Origin: Cetorhinus maximus
Taxonomy: Eukaryota
DNA: 64,000 bases
NCBI RefSeq assembly: GCF_964194155.1
Contig: NC_135890.1
Location: 97,154,001-97,218,000 of the forward strand
Direction: 5' to 3'
Positions 13,888 to 27,908 of this stretch are shown here, one piece after another (the first letter of the stretch is position 1; the number at the start of each line of letters is the position of its first letter). Under the pieces are notes generated by a model. That model ran no database searches, was not told the origin of the DNA, and saw nothing but the letters and a program-made list of their open reading frames with translations. A program made the translations under genes and the position numbers.

Positions 13888-14148
13888 ACAAAAACAGAAA
13901 ATGCTGGAAAAACTCGGCAGGTTTGGCAGCATCTGTGGAGAGAGAAACAGGGTTAACGTTTCAAGTCCGTATGACCCTTCTTCAGAGCTCTGAAGAAGGG
14001 TCATACGGACCCGAAGAAGGGTCATACGGACCCGAAACGTTAACTCTGCTTCTCGCTCCACAGATGCTGCCAAACCTGCTGAGTTTTTCCAGCATTTTCT
14101 GTTTTTGTTCCAGATTTTCCAGCATCTGCAGTATTTTGCTTTTATCTT
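13888..14148. mobile_element. Penelope-like palindromic (inverted pLTR) insertion with hammerhead-like cores
   Basis: ~100-bp arms centred on GAGCTC (13985-13990); CTGAAGA...GAAAC on both strands; 15-bp TSD AGTATGAGC(A/T)ATGGG at 13873-13887 and 14149-14163. Confidence 0.75.
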
Positions 14149-15778
14149 AGTATGAGCTATGGGTCGGCCAGCCCTTTCCCTAGGTGCTGGATCAAAAGTA
14201 AGATTGACAGAAGCCTGCTGGTGGGTGTTCATCTTGTGCTGATCTTTTGTATATTATTTGCATTTCCATGGCTTTTACAGGCCTTGGCTAACTTTTAATC
14301 AGTTCACAAGTGGATTTGCAGTGCCAGCCCTGTAGTTAAGTCAAAGTTGTTCCCTAAACTGAAAGGTTGAGTTTTTGTCCAGCAGTGCACCTCAGTGGGT
14401 TGATCCTAAAGGCAGCATAGTTGCCACCATTGATTGTCACACAAAGGTCCAATGCTCCGAATCATCATCTGTGAAACAAAGTGCAGTAATGAGACCAAAT
14501 AGAGGGTGAGGGGGAAAAGGAAGATTCACAGTTGAAGGAGTATTTTATTTTGAGCTGTAGCTGGAGCTAGCTTTGAGAAAGTTGGGCGTTTGTGCATAAA
14601 CACTACACCCATGGTAAACTTTTTCCAGAGTTTGAATGTGCTATGGACTTTTGCAACTGGTGAATTTCTGTGATTTGTTCTGAAATATTGCAAAATAAGT
14701 AGTAGAGCGACTATTTAAGTTTTATTCCTGTAAAAGCTTTTACACACAAGTTTAAGGTAACAACTATTAAGTAGAATCAACCAACTTAAATTGCTAACAG
14801 CAACTTTTTCAAAAGGGATTTCTCATTAAATTGTCATGTGTGAGAAGGTTAAAACCTTGGCTAACTTGTCTAATTGTATGTTGCCTCTTTGCTGATAATG
14901 AAATGTTCTGCTGATGATTTGCATTGGATTGATGTGTTGTGGTAACCTTTATCCAGAAGGCTCTTTTTTTGTACTTTTTTGTATGAACAAGGGAGTAATA
15001 TAATTTTTAGGTGATGAGTTTTTCATTTGCAGAATATGAAGAATTTTTTCAATACTTGTTGTTCGATTGACTGTTAACTCGGGGATCAGTGTCAACTAAA
15101 CTGTCTCTTAACTGTCTTTGCCCAGTTAGCATTTGATTTACATGTTGGTTTGGCATCTAAACATATTGCTCTCGTGTGAGATCATCTATGAATGTTGTAG
15201 GTCTTGTGTATTTGTTGTCTGCAATTGTATTGAAACTATTTTGGAAACCTGCTATCCTGTTGTAGAATGCCATCTCATCCACACTGCATATCAGGACCAT
15301 GTGCTTTTCTGTATGATGCATTTTAGCGTCATTAGGGGGGAACAAAGGTCTAGAAACAGAAATGCAAATTAAAATCTTTTAAATGCCTTATGAAAGTATA
15401 TTAACAGTTTGCCTGGGCAGTTCACTCATTGCAATCAAATCTACCTAGGAACTTGATGAGGATGACGGGGTCAGATTTGAAGTGCGTGTATAATGTCAGA
15501 TTTCTTTGTTCTACAAGAAATTCAACCCTGAACTAATGCAAGTTGGAACTGATCCAGATTTTCACTTGTACCTTTTGGCTTTGAGTTCTTTCAATGATAT
15601 GGGTCTCTGGTCTTAGATTGACATCAGCTGAAAAGTCCAAATAGACTGGCTTGTTTTGTTTTGTTTTTTGCATCATTTGGGATTTTACTGTGGCAACAAA
15701 ATCGTCTGTGGTTCTTTCCAGTCCTTTTTTTTTTGACACTTACTCTCTACATCCACTACATTTTAATAACTTTAATAG

Positions 15779-16185
15779 CGTCAGCCATGGCTCATTGGTA
15801 GCACTCTTTCAAGCCCCAATCAGGTTATTTTAGTGCATAATCTAGGCTGATACTTTGGTGCATCACTGTCTGAGGTGCCATCTTTTGGATAGCACATTAA
15901 ACCCAGGCCCCAGCTGCCCCTCACAAGTGGATGGAAAAAGGTTCCATGGCACTGTTCAAATAAGAGCGGGAGAGTATTCCCAATATTTATCTACACTAAC
16001 CAACTTGTTTTAAAAGGAAAATTTTGCCTTTTTTTTCTCATTTGCTAGTTGTGGAACTTGCTGTGTACAACTTGGCTGGTACATCTTTGTGTGTTACAAT
16101 GCTGACTATACTTCGTAAGTACTCAATTGTCTGTGAAGCACTTTGAGACATACTGAGATTGTGAAAGGTACTGCATGAATTCAAT
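15779..16185 (+). mobile_element. tRNA-derived SINE with L2-like tail (DeuSINE/SacSINE1-like), degenerate
   Basis: Head gtcagccatggctcattggtagcactc; tail tgtgaagcactttgagacatactgag..gtgaaagg; related copy on - strand at about 33260-33680. Confidence 0.6.
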
Positions 16186-17564
16186 TTTTTTATATGTTTG
16201 CTAAATCTTAGTTAAATCCCCTCAAGTTATTAAATTAATAATTAATGTTAAATATTTACTGGTATTTTGGGAGAGCAGAAACTGGTGCTTAAGCTGTCCA
16301 TGGCAGCAAGGGTTTCTTCTACGTTTCTTGCACCCATCATTTTTGCAGCCTTTCTGTATAAGAGTGCCACTTCATTTCCTTTCTTAAATGCTGTGAGGCC
16401 AGACCAACTGGGAACTTGTGCAAGACTGCGCAAATTCATTTCACGTGTAATCTTTTGCCGAATAGAGAAGAGAGTGTCATTTCAACAGTCTGGGCTGCAT
16501 TTGAACCATAATCAAGAAATGAAAGCCACTTTCTAACCCCTTGTGCCATCCTGCTGCCTTGTACTTGCACTTGCATAGTACCGTACCCAGTTTGTTGAAA
16601 TGCTTTCAGAGTAAAAAATACTTTGGTTGCACGGCGAGAATTTGCCTTTTGTGTAGGCAAATGCAGTGGCTGTTCTGCACACAATGTTCTGTAAACAACC
16701 AAGGACATGAGTGACTAGTTGATTTCCCCACCCCGGTAGTATTAGTTAAGCAAGTATTGTTGGTTAGGACATTGCAAAATCCTCTCATTTGAATGATATC
16801 GTGGAACCTTTAGCATCCACATCCAAGTTTAAAGTCCACCTAAGAGACAGCACCTGCTGACAGTGTAGGACTACTTTGGCACTGTGGAGCACATTAAGTC
16901 TTGAGTCTCATACTTGATGCATCATAGTTGTTGAGTTCCTAAACCAGCTTTCGGTGAAGAATTTGCAGTGTAAAACTGTGATCCATGTTAACATATTTGT
17001 ATGCAATGTCATGGTGAGCAGAGACTTCCACTAAAAAGAAAAAACTAATGTGGGACTAAGACAGAATTGGTGTGAAAGAGCGCATCAGATGATATTGTCC
17101 TGGTCCAGATAGAACCAGCTGCTGTTCTAATTTTGTTATGGCGAATAACCATTTCCACTTATGGAAGTCTTATTACAAGTATGTTTGCAGCCTTTTATGA
17201 AAAACAATTCAGTCTCATCGAACTGCTCCTGTCTCAATTGTAGGGCACATGTTGGTGCTTTTTCCAGATGCACAGTCCCACTGGTACAGTCCTTGGATAT
17301 CCTGTCATTTGCTTCAAGTAACAAATATTTTTGTGCTGAACAAATTGCTGTAAATATACTCGTTTCAAAATCTGTGGGATCAATTTGAATAGCCCTTTGT
17401 ATGGATTAATTTCCTTTTGAAATTCCATTTTGATACAAGGTGAAGGCAGTACTCAGTTTTCCCCCATATTCTACCCAAAACCTGGTTGGATGCTACAGTA
17501 CAAAAATTTCAAACTGATTTTACAATAAATGGAGTGTAAATTACCTATTGCACATCTTTTGCCT

Positions 17565-17587
17565 TCTCTCTCTCTCTCTCTCTCTCT
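17565..17587 (+). repeat. (TC)n microsatellite
   Basis: About 11 TC units read directly. Confidence 0.9.
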
Positions 17588-20500
17588 GCCCCCCTCCCTC
17601 TCTGACACAAACCAATTGAAATAAGTTATAATAAAGTTAGAGTACACTGGCTTCTGCAGTCTGATTTCCATCTGTATTGAAAGTAGTTACAACAGATTTG
17701 AATTTGTTCACACGATCAAAGGTGTGTTAACTTGGGAATTAAATAAAAATAGGTTAAAAATTATTTCAGATTTTCTCAGTGCATAACTTTTCTCTTATGA
17801 AACTAAATTCTTGCCATTTTTTTCCCCTGCTTCATCCCACCCCTGTGACTAGAACCTTAGTCAATATAGTTTTTACTCCCAGCTTGCTTGAATTGTTATG
17901 GGAGACAAGATTACATCCCATCCAGTAATTCAAATAAAAATTACAGGGAAACAGAATGTATGTGACCTACAACATCATAAGTGCAGTGAGGTGAAGATAA
18001 ATTTGTTTTTAATTAAAATTGGTAACCATCTCACTTTTTCTTCATTCAATTCCCCTCTGTTTGCATGTAAGATGTAGGCTGGAAAATACATTTGGAGCAA
18101 TTGTCACCATGACTTGTGAAACTATGCAGCAAGGTATTATCCCGTTGCTCCTGTGGAATTGTGATCTGCTGGAAACCAGCTGCTATCATATGTCCACATT
18201 TAAAGCTCCTCACGACATCGGGGGAGCACATTCAAATAGTTTTCCCATTTTTGGCCTTGCTCATTGTCTGAGCATTGCTATTTGTTCTCTGCTCAAGGAC
18301 ACAGAAGCTTAGCTTACTTTTCATCTAGTAATTGCCATCAAAGAGAGAAGATGGAAATGTATTTTATACCAAGTTGCATTATCTGCATATGGTTAAAGTT
18401 ATTTTGCACTTAATTGCTCTTTAATTCATTGTAATCTCCTCAGAACTCAAAGAGCTGACATTTTGACTGGAAATTGCTGTGAAATGATGCTTATTTGGTG
18501 GTTTAATAAGAAACCTGCCCTTATTGGGGAAATTCCTTGCAGGATGTAGAGCTGATTGGTGGATAATTTACTTTTGAATCTTGAGTTTTTGTTCATCAGA
18601 TGTTTATAAAGTAATTGCAAATGATCCTCTGATTACATTTTAATAGCAGTCTGTAATGGAAGTTGCTTTGTGGCTTGTGCCTGCTTGTATTGGTAATGAC
18701 ATAATGCAAATGTCATCTCGTATTGCAGATATAGCAGCTGATAGAGCTAATCTTCTAGTGTGACATTAGAATGTTCACTGAACTTTGTCCCTGATGCAGT
18801 TTAAAAGTTTAATCGCTTCAGTAATATTATCCATTCTCTATTTGACAAAATTAAAGTGGCACAAATGTCCATGTGCTGCTATTTAACAAAGCATTGTGCA
18901 TATTGGGTGGGGAATGGGTAGGGGAGCTGGTGGGGGTGGGATAGGATAGGAGAGAAAGAGGACAGAGGAAGATGACAAAGGCTCTCCACATTTTAAGTGT
19001 TTTTAATGGAATATTAAGATGGGAATATGTGCTCATTTTTGCATCCAAGGACTTCAGTCCATCATTTAGTGCTTGGTGGAGTTGGGTATTACAGGGAATT
19101 ACAAAAAGCTTAGTGGTGATTCAGCCACTTCAGAAATGCATTTAATTCTTCCATAGAGTGAGTAGTGTCTGCTTACTTTTTGAGGAGGCGATGAGAGCCA
19201 GATTTTGAAAAGAACTCATTTTCATGCCAGATCCAAGCAAAACCAGTGTCTTCCTGCAGAATGCCAACACTGGTCTAAGTGCACAACCAATGGTTTGATT
19301 CTACTTTGCTCTAGTATAATGTGCTTTAGTTATCAGTGTTTTAGATCCAAGGTTTGTAGGTCAAATTAAAGCAGCATTTGTTGTTTGGTATGCTTGGGTT
19401 AAAATTGCATATTGAAATTGAGTTAACGTTATGGAGCCTGTATCTTTCCATGGGCCTCTTATGATTAGATTCACCATCACTAATGGTGGGTGACTACATT
19501 CAGCACCATGAGTGAACTAAATTATTGCTAGATGTGGCATTGAACAGTTGATGGCACTGTAGAATATCAACTCTCATGTCTACTCATAACTGGCAATGAA
19601 GATCTGTTTTTTTCTACTGGTATTGCTGCTTCCCACGCTGTGCTCAGTAAACATACTTAGCTGGATCATCATGTCAGCATTCTTATGTTAAGCTGCAAAC
19701 TTACATGGTAGTGCCTTCACGTAATATATATTGTACAGACTACATTTCTTTGACCTGTTTATTGTACTTTTTTTTAATGGAGACCCTTTACTACAGGCTT
19801 GTGCCTCCACATCAAAATGTATATCAATTCGTTGAGAGGAAGAGTTTGCGGCTTTTGTGCACTATCCATGGTTCACTTGATCTTGAGGGAGCAGGCATGT
19901 AAACTATTGATGGAATTTTGCTTGCAAGGAAGCAGAAAATACTTTTTGTTGGATTCCATTCTGGCAGCTGCAAAAAGTGATGTATTTTTAGATGAGTGAA
20001 TTTCAGTTGATCAAATTCACACCTGTTAGTCCACCTCCGGGCATATGTTCAGTACAGGTATTGATGTCAGTGATCCACTGTTGGAAAACCAAAGTGTGTT
20101 TATTCAAATTTATCCTTAACATTCAATATTTATAGATATTTTTTATATTTCCCTGGAGTTTAAGTGCTTGAAATTTCTCTCTCGGAGCTATTCATCAGAG
20201 TGATTTCAGAAGTGGGGAGTTGAACCAATGTAAAGTAGTATGCTTAGTGTTGTATTTGAGAAGTGGTTCTGAAACAGTGTCTCGAGTCCAGAGACATATG
20301 TACCACACTGTTAATATGTTGGAGTAGATGCCATGCTAGCTTGAAGAGTCAAAGGGTGTGTGCAATTAACAGCTGCTTCTGACAGCAGTACCTTCCACAA
20401 TAACATGTCAGGGATATGGAGGCTTGTATGAACACAAAATTATTTCCTTGACCTGTGCAGATGTGCTGATTCGCTTAGCACCTTGATAACAGAAAACTCA

Positions 20501-21099
20501 TTATCTCTCAGGCATATTCGTTTGCACCCTGGGATTCACTGCCTCCAGAGGGACTCATAGAATCTATCTTTTGAGTCTCTGGCAGCAATGGTGCTGTTTG
20601 TTTGTTTGTGTTACACGACAAAGTAAAACACTATCAGGACTTTCCCTGCTATTGGTCACATGGTGTAGAATTTTCATCCAGTATTCGAGTTGGCGTTAGT
20701 AGCCAGGATGACTCTGACTCGGGCAGTTTCTCCTTCCCTGCCCAGAGTCAGCAAATTTACTCGTTTTTATTAGAATGCTACATGAGAACCCAAATGTATT
20801 TTGGATGCAAGAAGGATGAAGTAGCTAGAAGGAAAGCAGGAATCTGGCAAACCATCTCTTCTGCTCTCCTGAAGTTTCCTCCAGTTTTTTGTTAATCTGC
20901 AGTTTTTGCCCAATGCCCTTGTTTATTTCTTCGACGTTTCTTTCTACCTTAATCTCTTCCATCCTCCTCTGTTCAGCTCTGGGGCTTGCTGTTAGGTTGC
21001 ATTCCTACCTATATGAAGCCATCACATCTCTGATGACAGCTGTCATCTGGAGTCACCTGCAGATCCACCCTGGATCCTTTTCTGTTCCTCACTTACATG

Positions 21100-21870
21100 G
21101 TACCCCTTGCTGAAATCATCCGCAGGGACATGGTCAATTTCTATACTTATGCTCCCTCCATTGGAACTAAGGATATTGTATTCAGTCGCAACAGTAAGTT
21201 CCACTCAGCAAATTGATTAGCTGAACCAAGCCATGCAAAATCTTGGCAAATTGTTCAACCCAGAGCTAAGCATCAAACTCTACATACCTTCTATTGTGAA
21301 GGTACTTCATTCCACATTTGTAGCATTATTACCTCTATACCTCGGAAACCTTTATCCATGTTTTTGTTACCTCTAGACTTGATTTCTTTAATGTCCTTGT
21401 TGCTGGCCACCCATGCTTCACTTTCCAAAAAAGACTCCAACTTGACCAAAACAATCCTGACCTGTTTAACTCCTGTCCTTGCTGATCTGTACTGCTTACC
21501 TGAGCTCAAACATGTTAAAACTAAAATCTCACCCTTATCTTCAAATTCCTGCATGGCCTCATCTCACCCTATTTTTAAAACTTAATTTTTCCCTAACTTG
21601 TATCCATGCTTGCATACTTTAGTCTTTGATTCTATACTTCTGTGGACTTCCCCATGATTAGTAATAAGTCTTCAGCTGCTTTGACCCCCTTTCTCTGAAA
21701 CTTCTTTCCTAAAGCCCTGTGCCTCTTCAACACAATCTCTCCTTAAAAAATCTTCAAAAACCATTGTTTCCACCAAGCATTTCTTCATCTGTCCTCATCT
21801 CTCCTTCCATGGTTTGACTGTTCCTTGGCCCCATTTTATTGTCATTCATTATAAAAGTACAAGTTTTTAA
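21100..21870 (+). mobile_element. Highly degenerate L2 LINE fragment
   Basis: Weak similarity to the L2 at 48700-49545 (gttacctctagactt, cttcaaattcctgcatggcctc). Confidence 0.5.
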
Positions 21871-22873
21871 TTGCTGATACCAAAACCTGTGTATTACATA
21901 GTATCTTTTTTGAGTAGTACAGGGCATTAAATGTTAAATTGTATTGGACTTGATGTAAAAAAAAACTCTGCTTTGAATTCTAATAATTACATGGCATGAC
22001 TACACTAAAGTAGGATAAGGTAATTACACTGAGTACTTCTGAATAGCTTTTAGATCAAACATAGTGCACAAACTTTGCCTTTAGTTTAGCAACATCAGTA
22101 AACCCAGAACTTGGAACTTATTTTGTACAATTTTTAGTGTGCTGGATGTAATTGTATACATTGGAAATAGGTGGGAACATGTGGGTTAAATTGGAACCTT
22201 TCCCAATTACAAGGGAACACTAAGAAGGTTTTGACTTCTTCAGTTTATTTTGAAACTATAATTTATGAAGATTCAACGTGTCTCTGAACTTGGGGAGGGC
22301 AAATTCCATTGCCTGGGCTGGGCTGATAAAATGTATCATTTCTTTCTACCTTCCCTCCAGTGGAAATTCTAACTGCCATGTTTGTCCATCAGTTGAAATT
22401 AAATCAAAAAACTAGCATACTTAAATTGTTGTGTCCTTTGTTTAAGGACTGGTTGGGGGGTTGGTGCTTGCATATTGTTTGTGTAGAAGAGAATTAGATT
22501 TTAGATGTGTGAGACGAACTTGCATTATAAAAGCTTATTGTATTTCTTTAACATCTCAAGTGCAATAAGTTATGTAGACCACGCAGTAGCCATTATGTAT
22601 ACAGCAGGATCATATAAATGGTAGGAGGCTGAATGATTAGTTAAGCCAATTGCTGATGCTGGTTGAAGGGGCAATGTTGGTCAGGGCACTTGGATGATTT
22701 CCTTTGAATGTTGTTGTGTGATCTTTAACATTGATCATAATTGGAAAATGAAGTTTTGATTTAACCTTGGTGTCAGTCTAGGTTAAATGCTGAAGTCCTG
22801 GTGTCAGGTGTAGGAATGACCCAAAATGCTCTTGATATTGTTGTAAGGCTAATGACACTGATCTGAAATTTAA

Positions 22874-23020
<147 letters not shown>

Positions 23021-23384
23021 TAGCACATTGAAGGCATGCTTACTTTTCAAAGGATTAAGCAGTTTTATTGTATAATGTGACCCCTTGTCTGTAAATTCAA
23101 CTGCTGACAGTAAATTTCCTTTGCTAACAGTTTTTTGTATCAATTTGTTTTCGCCTTTTTATGAAGTTAATTGTCGATGTTCCAGTGAGCAGGGTTTAAT
23201 ACTTAACAGAGCTGTGGGAATAAAAACCCAGTAGTACCAGCACCTGAAATGAATCCCTACCAGTTCCTAATGTTGTGTGTGATGTTCCAGATGGATGTTG
23301 GATCCGTATGCTGAACTGTTATTGTATTTTGCAAACTAAATACCCTGTACTCTGCCAAGACTCAGAACCAACTGAGCATATTTC

Positions 23385-24660
23385 ATAGAATCATATAATG
23401 ATTACAGCACAGATGGAGACCATTCAGTCCATCATGCCCATGCTGACTCTCTGCAAGAGCAGTTTAGCTAGTTCCACTCCCCATCCTTTTCCCCACAGCC
23501 CAGCACATGGCTTTCCCTCAGGTGCTTGGCTCATTCCCTTTTAAAAAGCAACAATTGAATCTATCTCCAATACTTTTTCAGGCAGTGTATTCCAGATTAT
23601 AACTACTCGTTGCATTTTTTTTTTAAAAAAAGGTTTTCCTTAGGTTCTTATGCCAATCATTTTAAGTCTGTTATCTCTGGTTCTCGACCCCTCTGTCAAT
23701 GAGAGCAGTTAGACTCTATCTAGTCAGTGTAGACCCCTCATGATTTTGAACTCCTCTATCATATCTCCCCTCAACCTTTTCTCTATGGAGAACAACCCCA
23801 GCTTCTCCAGTCAATCCATGCCATTGAAGTCCTTCATCTCTGGAGTCATTCTCTTAATTACTTTTCTGCAACCCCTCTAAACGATGACATAAGAAATGGG
23901 AGCCAGTAGTAGGCCATTTGGCCCCTCAAACCTGCTCTGCCGTTCAGTAAGATTGTGGCCTTAAATCCACTTGGCTCCGCTATGTAGATCAAAAATCTTC
24001 ACATCCTTCCTAAAATGTGCTCAGAATTTGGACACTGCTTCAGTTGAGGCCAAACTATTGTTTTATAAAGGTTCATCATAACTTCCTTTCTTTTGTTCTC
24101 TATGCCTCTGTTAATAAAGCCCAGGATATTGTATGCATTATTATTAACACCACCTCTGCATGTCCTGCTACCTTCAATGATTGTGCATGTGCACCTCCAG
24201 GTCTGTCTGTTCCTGTCCCTTTTATTCCATGGGCTTCAACATTGCTGACAAGCCTATCATGTGACACTTTACCAAAAGCTCTTTGACAGTCCATATACAT
24301 CAAATTAACTGCTTTGCCCTCATCAACCCTCTCTGTTACCTCATTAAAAAACTTAAGTTAAATAGGATTTGCCTTTAACAAAGCCATGCTGGCTTTCCTT
24401 AATTAATCTACATTTCTCCAATTTCATTTCTAAAAGCTTTACCACCAATGAAGTTAAACTGACTTGCCTGTAGTTGCTGGCTTATCCTTGCACCTCTTTA
24501 GATAAAGGTTTAACAGTTGTGATTCTCAAGTCCTCTGGAAACACCCCCTTTCCTGTGGCCATTGCCTCTGCAATTTTTACCTTCCCTCAGCTTTCGCTGA
24601 TGCTTCCAATCCCGTCCTGGTGACTTATCAACTTTCAAGTACAGCTAACCTTTTCAGATC
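23385..24660 (-). mobile_element. Degenerate CR1 fragments, with a nested CR1 3' tip near 23888-23990
   Basis: YMDCQRAFGKVSHDRL (ORF 24100-24303); catagaatcata tail. Confidence 0.75.
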
Positions 24661-25738
24661 AACCAGGTTATGCTCAGTGAGCAGTCGTCAAGCTCCACTT
24701 CTGAATCTTTAGCCTTTTTAATAAATAAAAAATGGAAGTTTGTTTCGACTGGGATTTTTTTTAACTCTCTCTCTTGCAACAATGTTGGAGAGCACAAGGC
24801 TTTTTCAACCCCCCCCGGCCCCCCCAATTTCTTGAATCGTAGAACACAGCATAGTCATTCAAGTATTGGGTTCAATTTGATTATATGCTAGATGCTTTTT
24901 TTGCCATTAGAGTTTTATTTTGTAGGAAGCCCAAAACATGTGATGCAAGTAGCTAATGATTACGCTGTATGCACCTCCTTGTTTTAGGATCAAAAGTTTA
25001 AAGGAAATGTTAATGGTGTATCTTATACTCTTTTTCTCCTTAAACATATGTTTAATAGCCTGGAACACTCGAACCTAAGAGCTGAGCTTCCTCCAGATCA
25101 GCTGGGATAATTGATGTATTTTTTTCCTGCAATGCTTACTTGAAATTGAAATGTACAGAAGCTGCAGAATGTTTGGACCTGCAGGTGGAGTAGAAGGGGT
25201 CACATGACTGTTAAAGTTGGAATTTCAAAATTTAGAGCTTTAAGAAAGACATTTTATAGCTGAGGGCATGTGTTACAGTTTTGCCAATCTGCTCTTCATT
25301 TAAAGTCATTTGATTCCAATTTACTGATCGTTTAACTATTTTAGCACTAAATTTTGATTTTATTGAATTTATATTGCCTCATTCAAATCAATTTGAATTC
25401 TTCAACGCAAAATGATAGAATTATGAGTAGATTGTCAGTGATTGTGGCAAGAATAATATTAGTTCAGCGGTGCTGCTCCCATAATGTGTCATTTAATATG
25501 TAAACTGGACAGAGTCTGTTCAAGAATTATTCAAACTTTTCACAAAAAACCCAGCTACATTATGAACAGAAAATAGCCTAGTTGAACAGAGGGATATATG
25601 GCCTGTTAAGCTATGAGGTTTATTTACATTGGTTATGGAAGAAATTTGATATTTTACAGTCTTATACTTAATTGTATGCTTAAGTCAAGACAGCCTCTTG
25701 CAAAAGGTTTCTTTCATCAGGATGATCATGTTAAGTAA

Positions 25739-25891
<153 letters not shown>

Positions 25892-27021
25892 TAGTAAAGT
25901 TAACTTCAGAATAAGCTACGCCTTCAGGCTGACACAATCCGATTAGAACCCTCATCTCCATTTCAATTATGTATATTTTTAAAGCCAGTTTCACCCCACA
26001 ATTATCAAATCAATGGTTAGAATGAAGTTCTCTCATTAGATGGCTAGTGACATTTTATTCCCAGTGCAATGTAATTTTGAATAGAACTTTAACTACCCTC
26101 AACTTCAGATATACTTTTAAAAGACTTGGACAGATCAAATTTGTTTGAAATTCCCTAATAGTATTTTTGACCCCTTCCCTGCCTTGATAGATAGAAATCA
26201 TTGGCACACAGTAGTTCCAATACTGTTGCACTCAATGTTGCCATTTAAACGTACAAAGTGAAAACCACTCAGTAGTAAAGAGGGTAGCTCTTAATTTCTT
26301 GGCATTAGTCCCCATTGTCTTGGCTCAGGGACTTTACTCTGTAGGATTGACCTGCTGCCATAATCTTCTGGACAGTATTCAAATCCAATTGAATATTAAC
26401 ATTTTTAATATTTTGACATTTTTGTTGCATGTATAGTACTGAGATTTGTGTAAGTGCCACTTTTAGAAGGGAGAAGGGGAATGAAAGTTTGGTTTTCTTT
26501 TCAATTACTAACTCTACAACTGAAAAACTTAAAAATTGCTTTCTTAAGCTGTCCTTATAGTATCGCCAGCGACTAATGCATAGGTCTTGCCTAGCCAGTG
26601 GCAACACCAAAATGAAACTGTTGGATTTAGCAACTGGAGAAACCTTTTAATTTTTTGAACAGAGGAGTTTTCCCATTTGCAGCCCTTTTGTTTTATTAAT
26701 TTTGCCAAAGGAAATACTAATTTATGATCCCACTGATTCCTTGCTGATGGATAATACAAATTTTGTTCCTGGTTTTTGATATGGTGGTGTGTTATGTTAT
26801 AACTGTGTGGATTGGGTACAGGTTTGAACCTTCACTTGATTTTGATCTGAGTTTGTTTGCTTTCTTAGTGGACGCCAGTTGAGTGTGAAATGAATGTCCC
26901 TGTCTTTATGCAATATTATACACACAGATTTGTTCAATGTTTTCTATTAAGAGTATAACAGATCTTAAGTAGGTGAAGCCAATAGCATTTTCTTCCTTTA
27001 CAGTAACAGACTGTACATAAT

Positions 27022-27503
27022 GGGCTGGAGTTGCAGTGGGAACCATAGCGGCCGGGCTGACTTAATCATGGGACAAGCCCTGCAGCAGTGNNNNNNNNNN
27101 NNNNNNNNNNNNNNNNNNNNNNNNNNNNNNNNNNNNNNNNNNNNNNNNNNNNNNNNNNNNNNNNNNNNNNNNNNNNNNNNNNNNNNNNNNNNNNNNNNNN
27201 NNNNNNNNNNNNNNNNNNNNNNNNNNNNGATTAAGTCATAGGATGGAAGGGACTGACATGGAATTCCCTGCAGGATGTCAGTTAGGCTCATTGATGAGCC
27301 TCCCATAACTTACTGGCGGCTCAGGGATTAAGTGGAAGTCGTATGGGTCCCTGCGCCCCGGAAGGTCCCACAGCAAAACCTGTGGGATTTGCTAGCAGCC
27401 TTCTGCAGTTGTCAGTGTCGGTGGGGAGTTCTATCAGGCACTCTGTGCCCGTTCAAGGGACCTGGCATGGAGCAGGGGTGTGGCTGCTGAAAGCCCCAGC
27501 CCC
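27022..27503. mobile_element. MITE-like element in intron 7, spanning an assembly gap
   Basis: Ends GGGCTGG / CCAGCCC; same insertion point as the MITE in the retrocopy. Confidence 0.5.
27091..27228. other. Assembly gap (138 N)
   Basis: Run of N. Confidence 0.99.
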
Positions 27504-27908
27504 CTTAAGGCAACATAAAGCTGCAACATTTATAACATTGTTACCATTTATTCCTGGGATTGTTGGCCTTTCTGTGCTTTCCTGCTCACTGGTGACAGAT
27601 CATTCAGTCTACACAGAACTCTACAAGCTGGAAGACTAACGTCTCCATGTCCCCGGGTAAAATCCAAATCTGAGACTGTGTTTTAAGTTTAACCGTAGCT
27701 GTCCAACATTTGCCATACAAAATCAGGCAGACTAAAGGAGAGGCAGAGACAAGTCCATCTGTTTGAGCTTTTAATTGTCGTGCATATTCGCCTTCCTAGC
27801 CTTTTAAATAGTACCTTTACACAATTCTAACTACTAAGTAATTTTATGGTCACATGATGCCTAGCAGTATCAGTCCTTCTGCTCTGAATTCTAAACAGTT
27901 GATACACT

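Noticed and set aside
13992-14033. Direct repeats considered as CRISPR-like
   Set aside because: Two adjacent units with no spacers, in a eukaryotic intron
13707-14232. Overlapping 147-aa and 130-aa ORFs on both strands with similar peptides
   Set aside because: Artefact of the palindromic Penelope-like element
26544-26759. Twin 71-aa ORFs MYYPSARNQWDHK... at 26544-26759(-) and 58211-58426(+)
   Set aside because: A by-product of the inverted duplication; TTG start, no recognisable domain or coding signal
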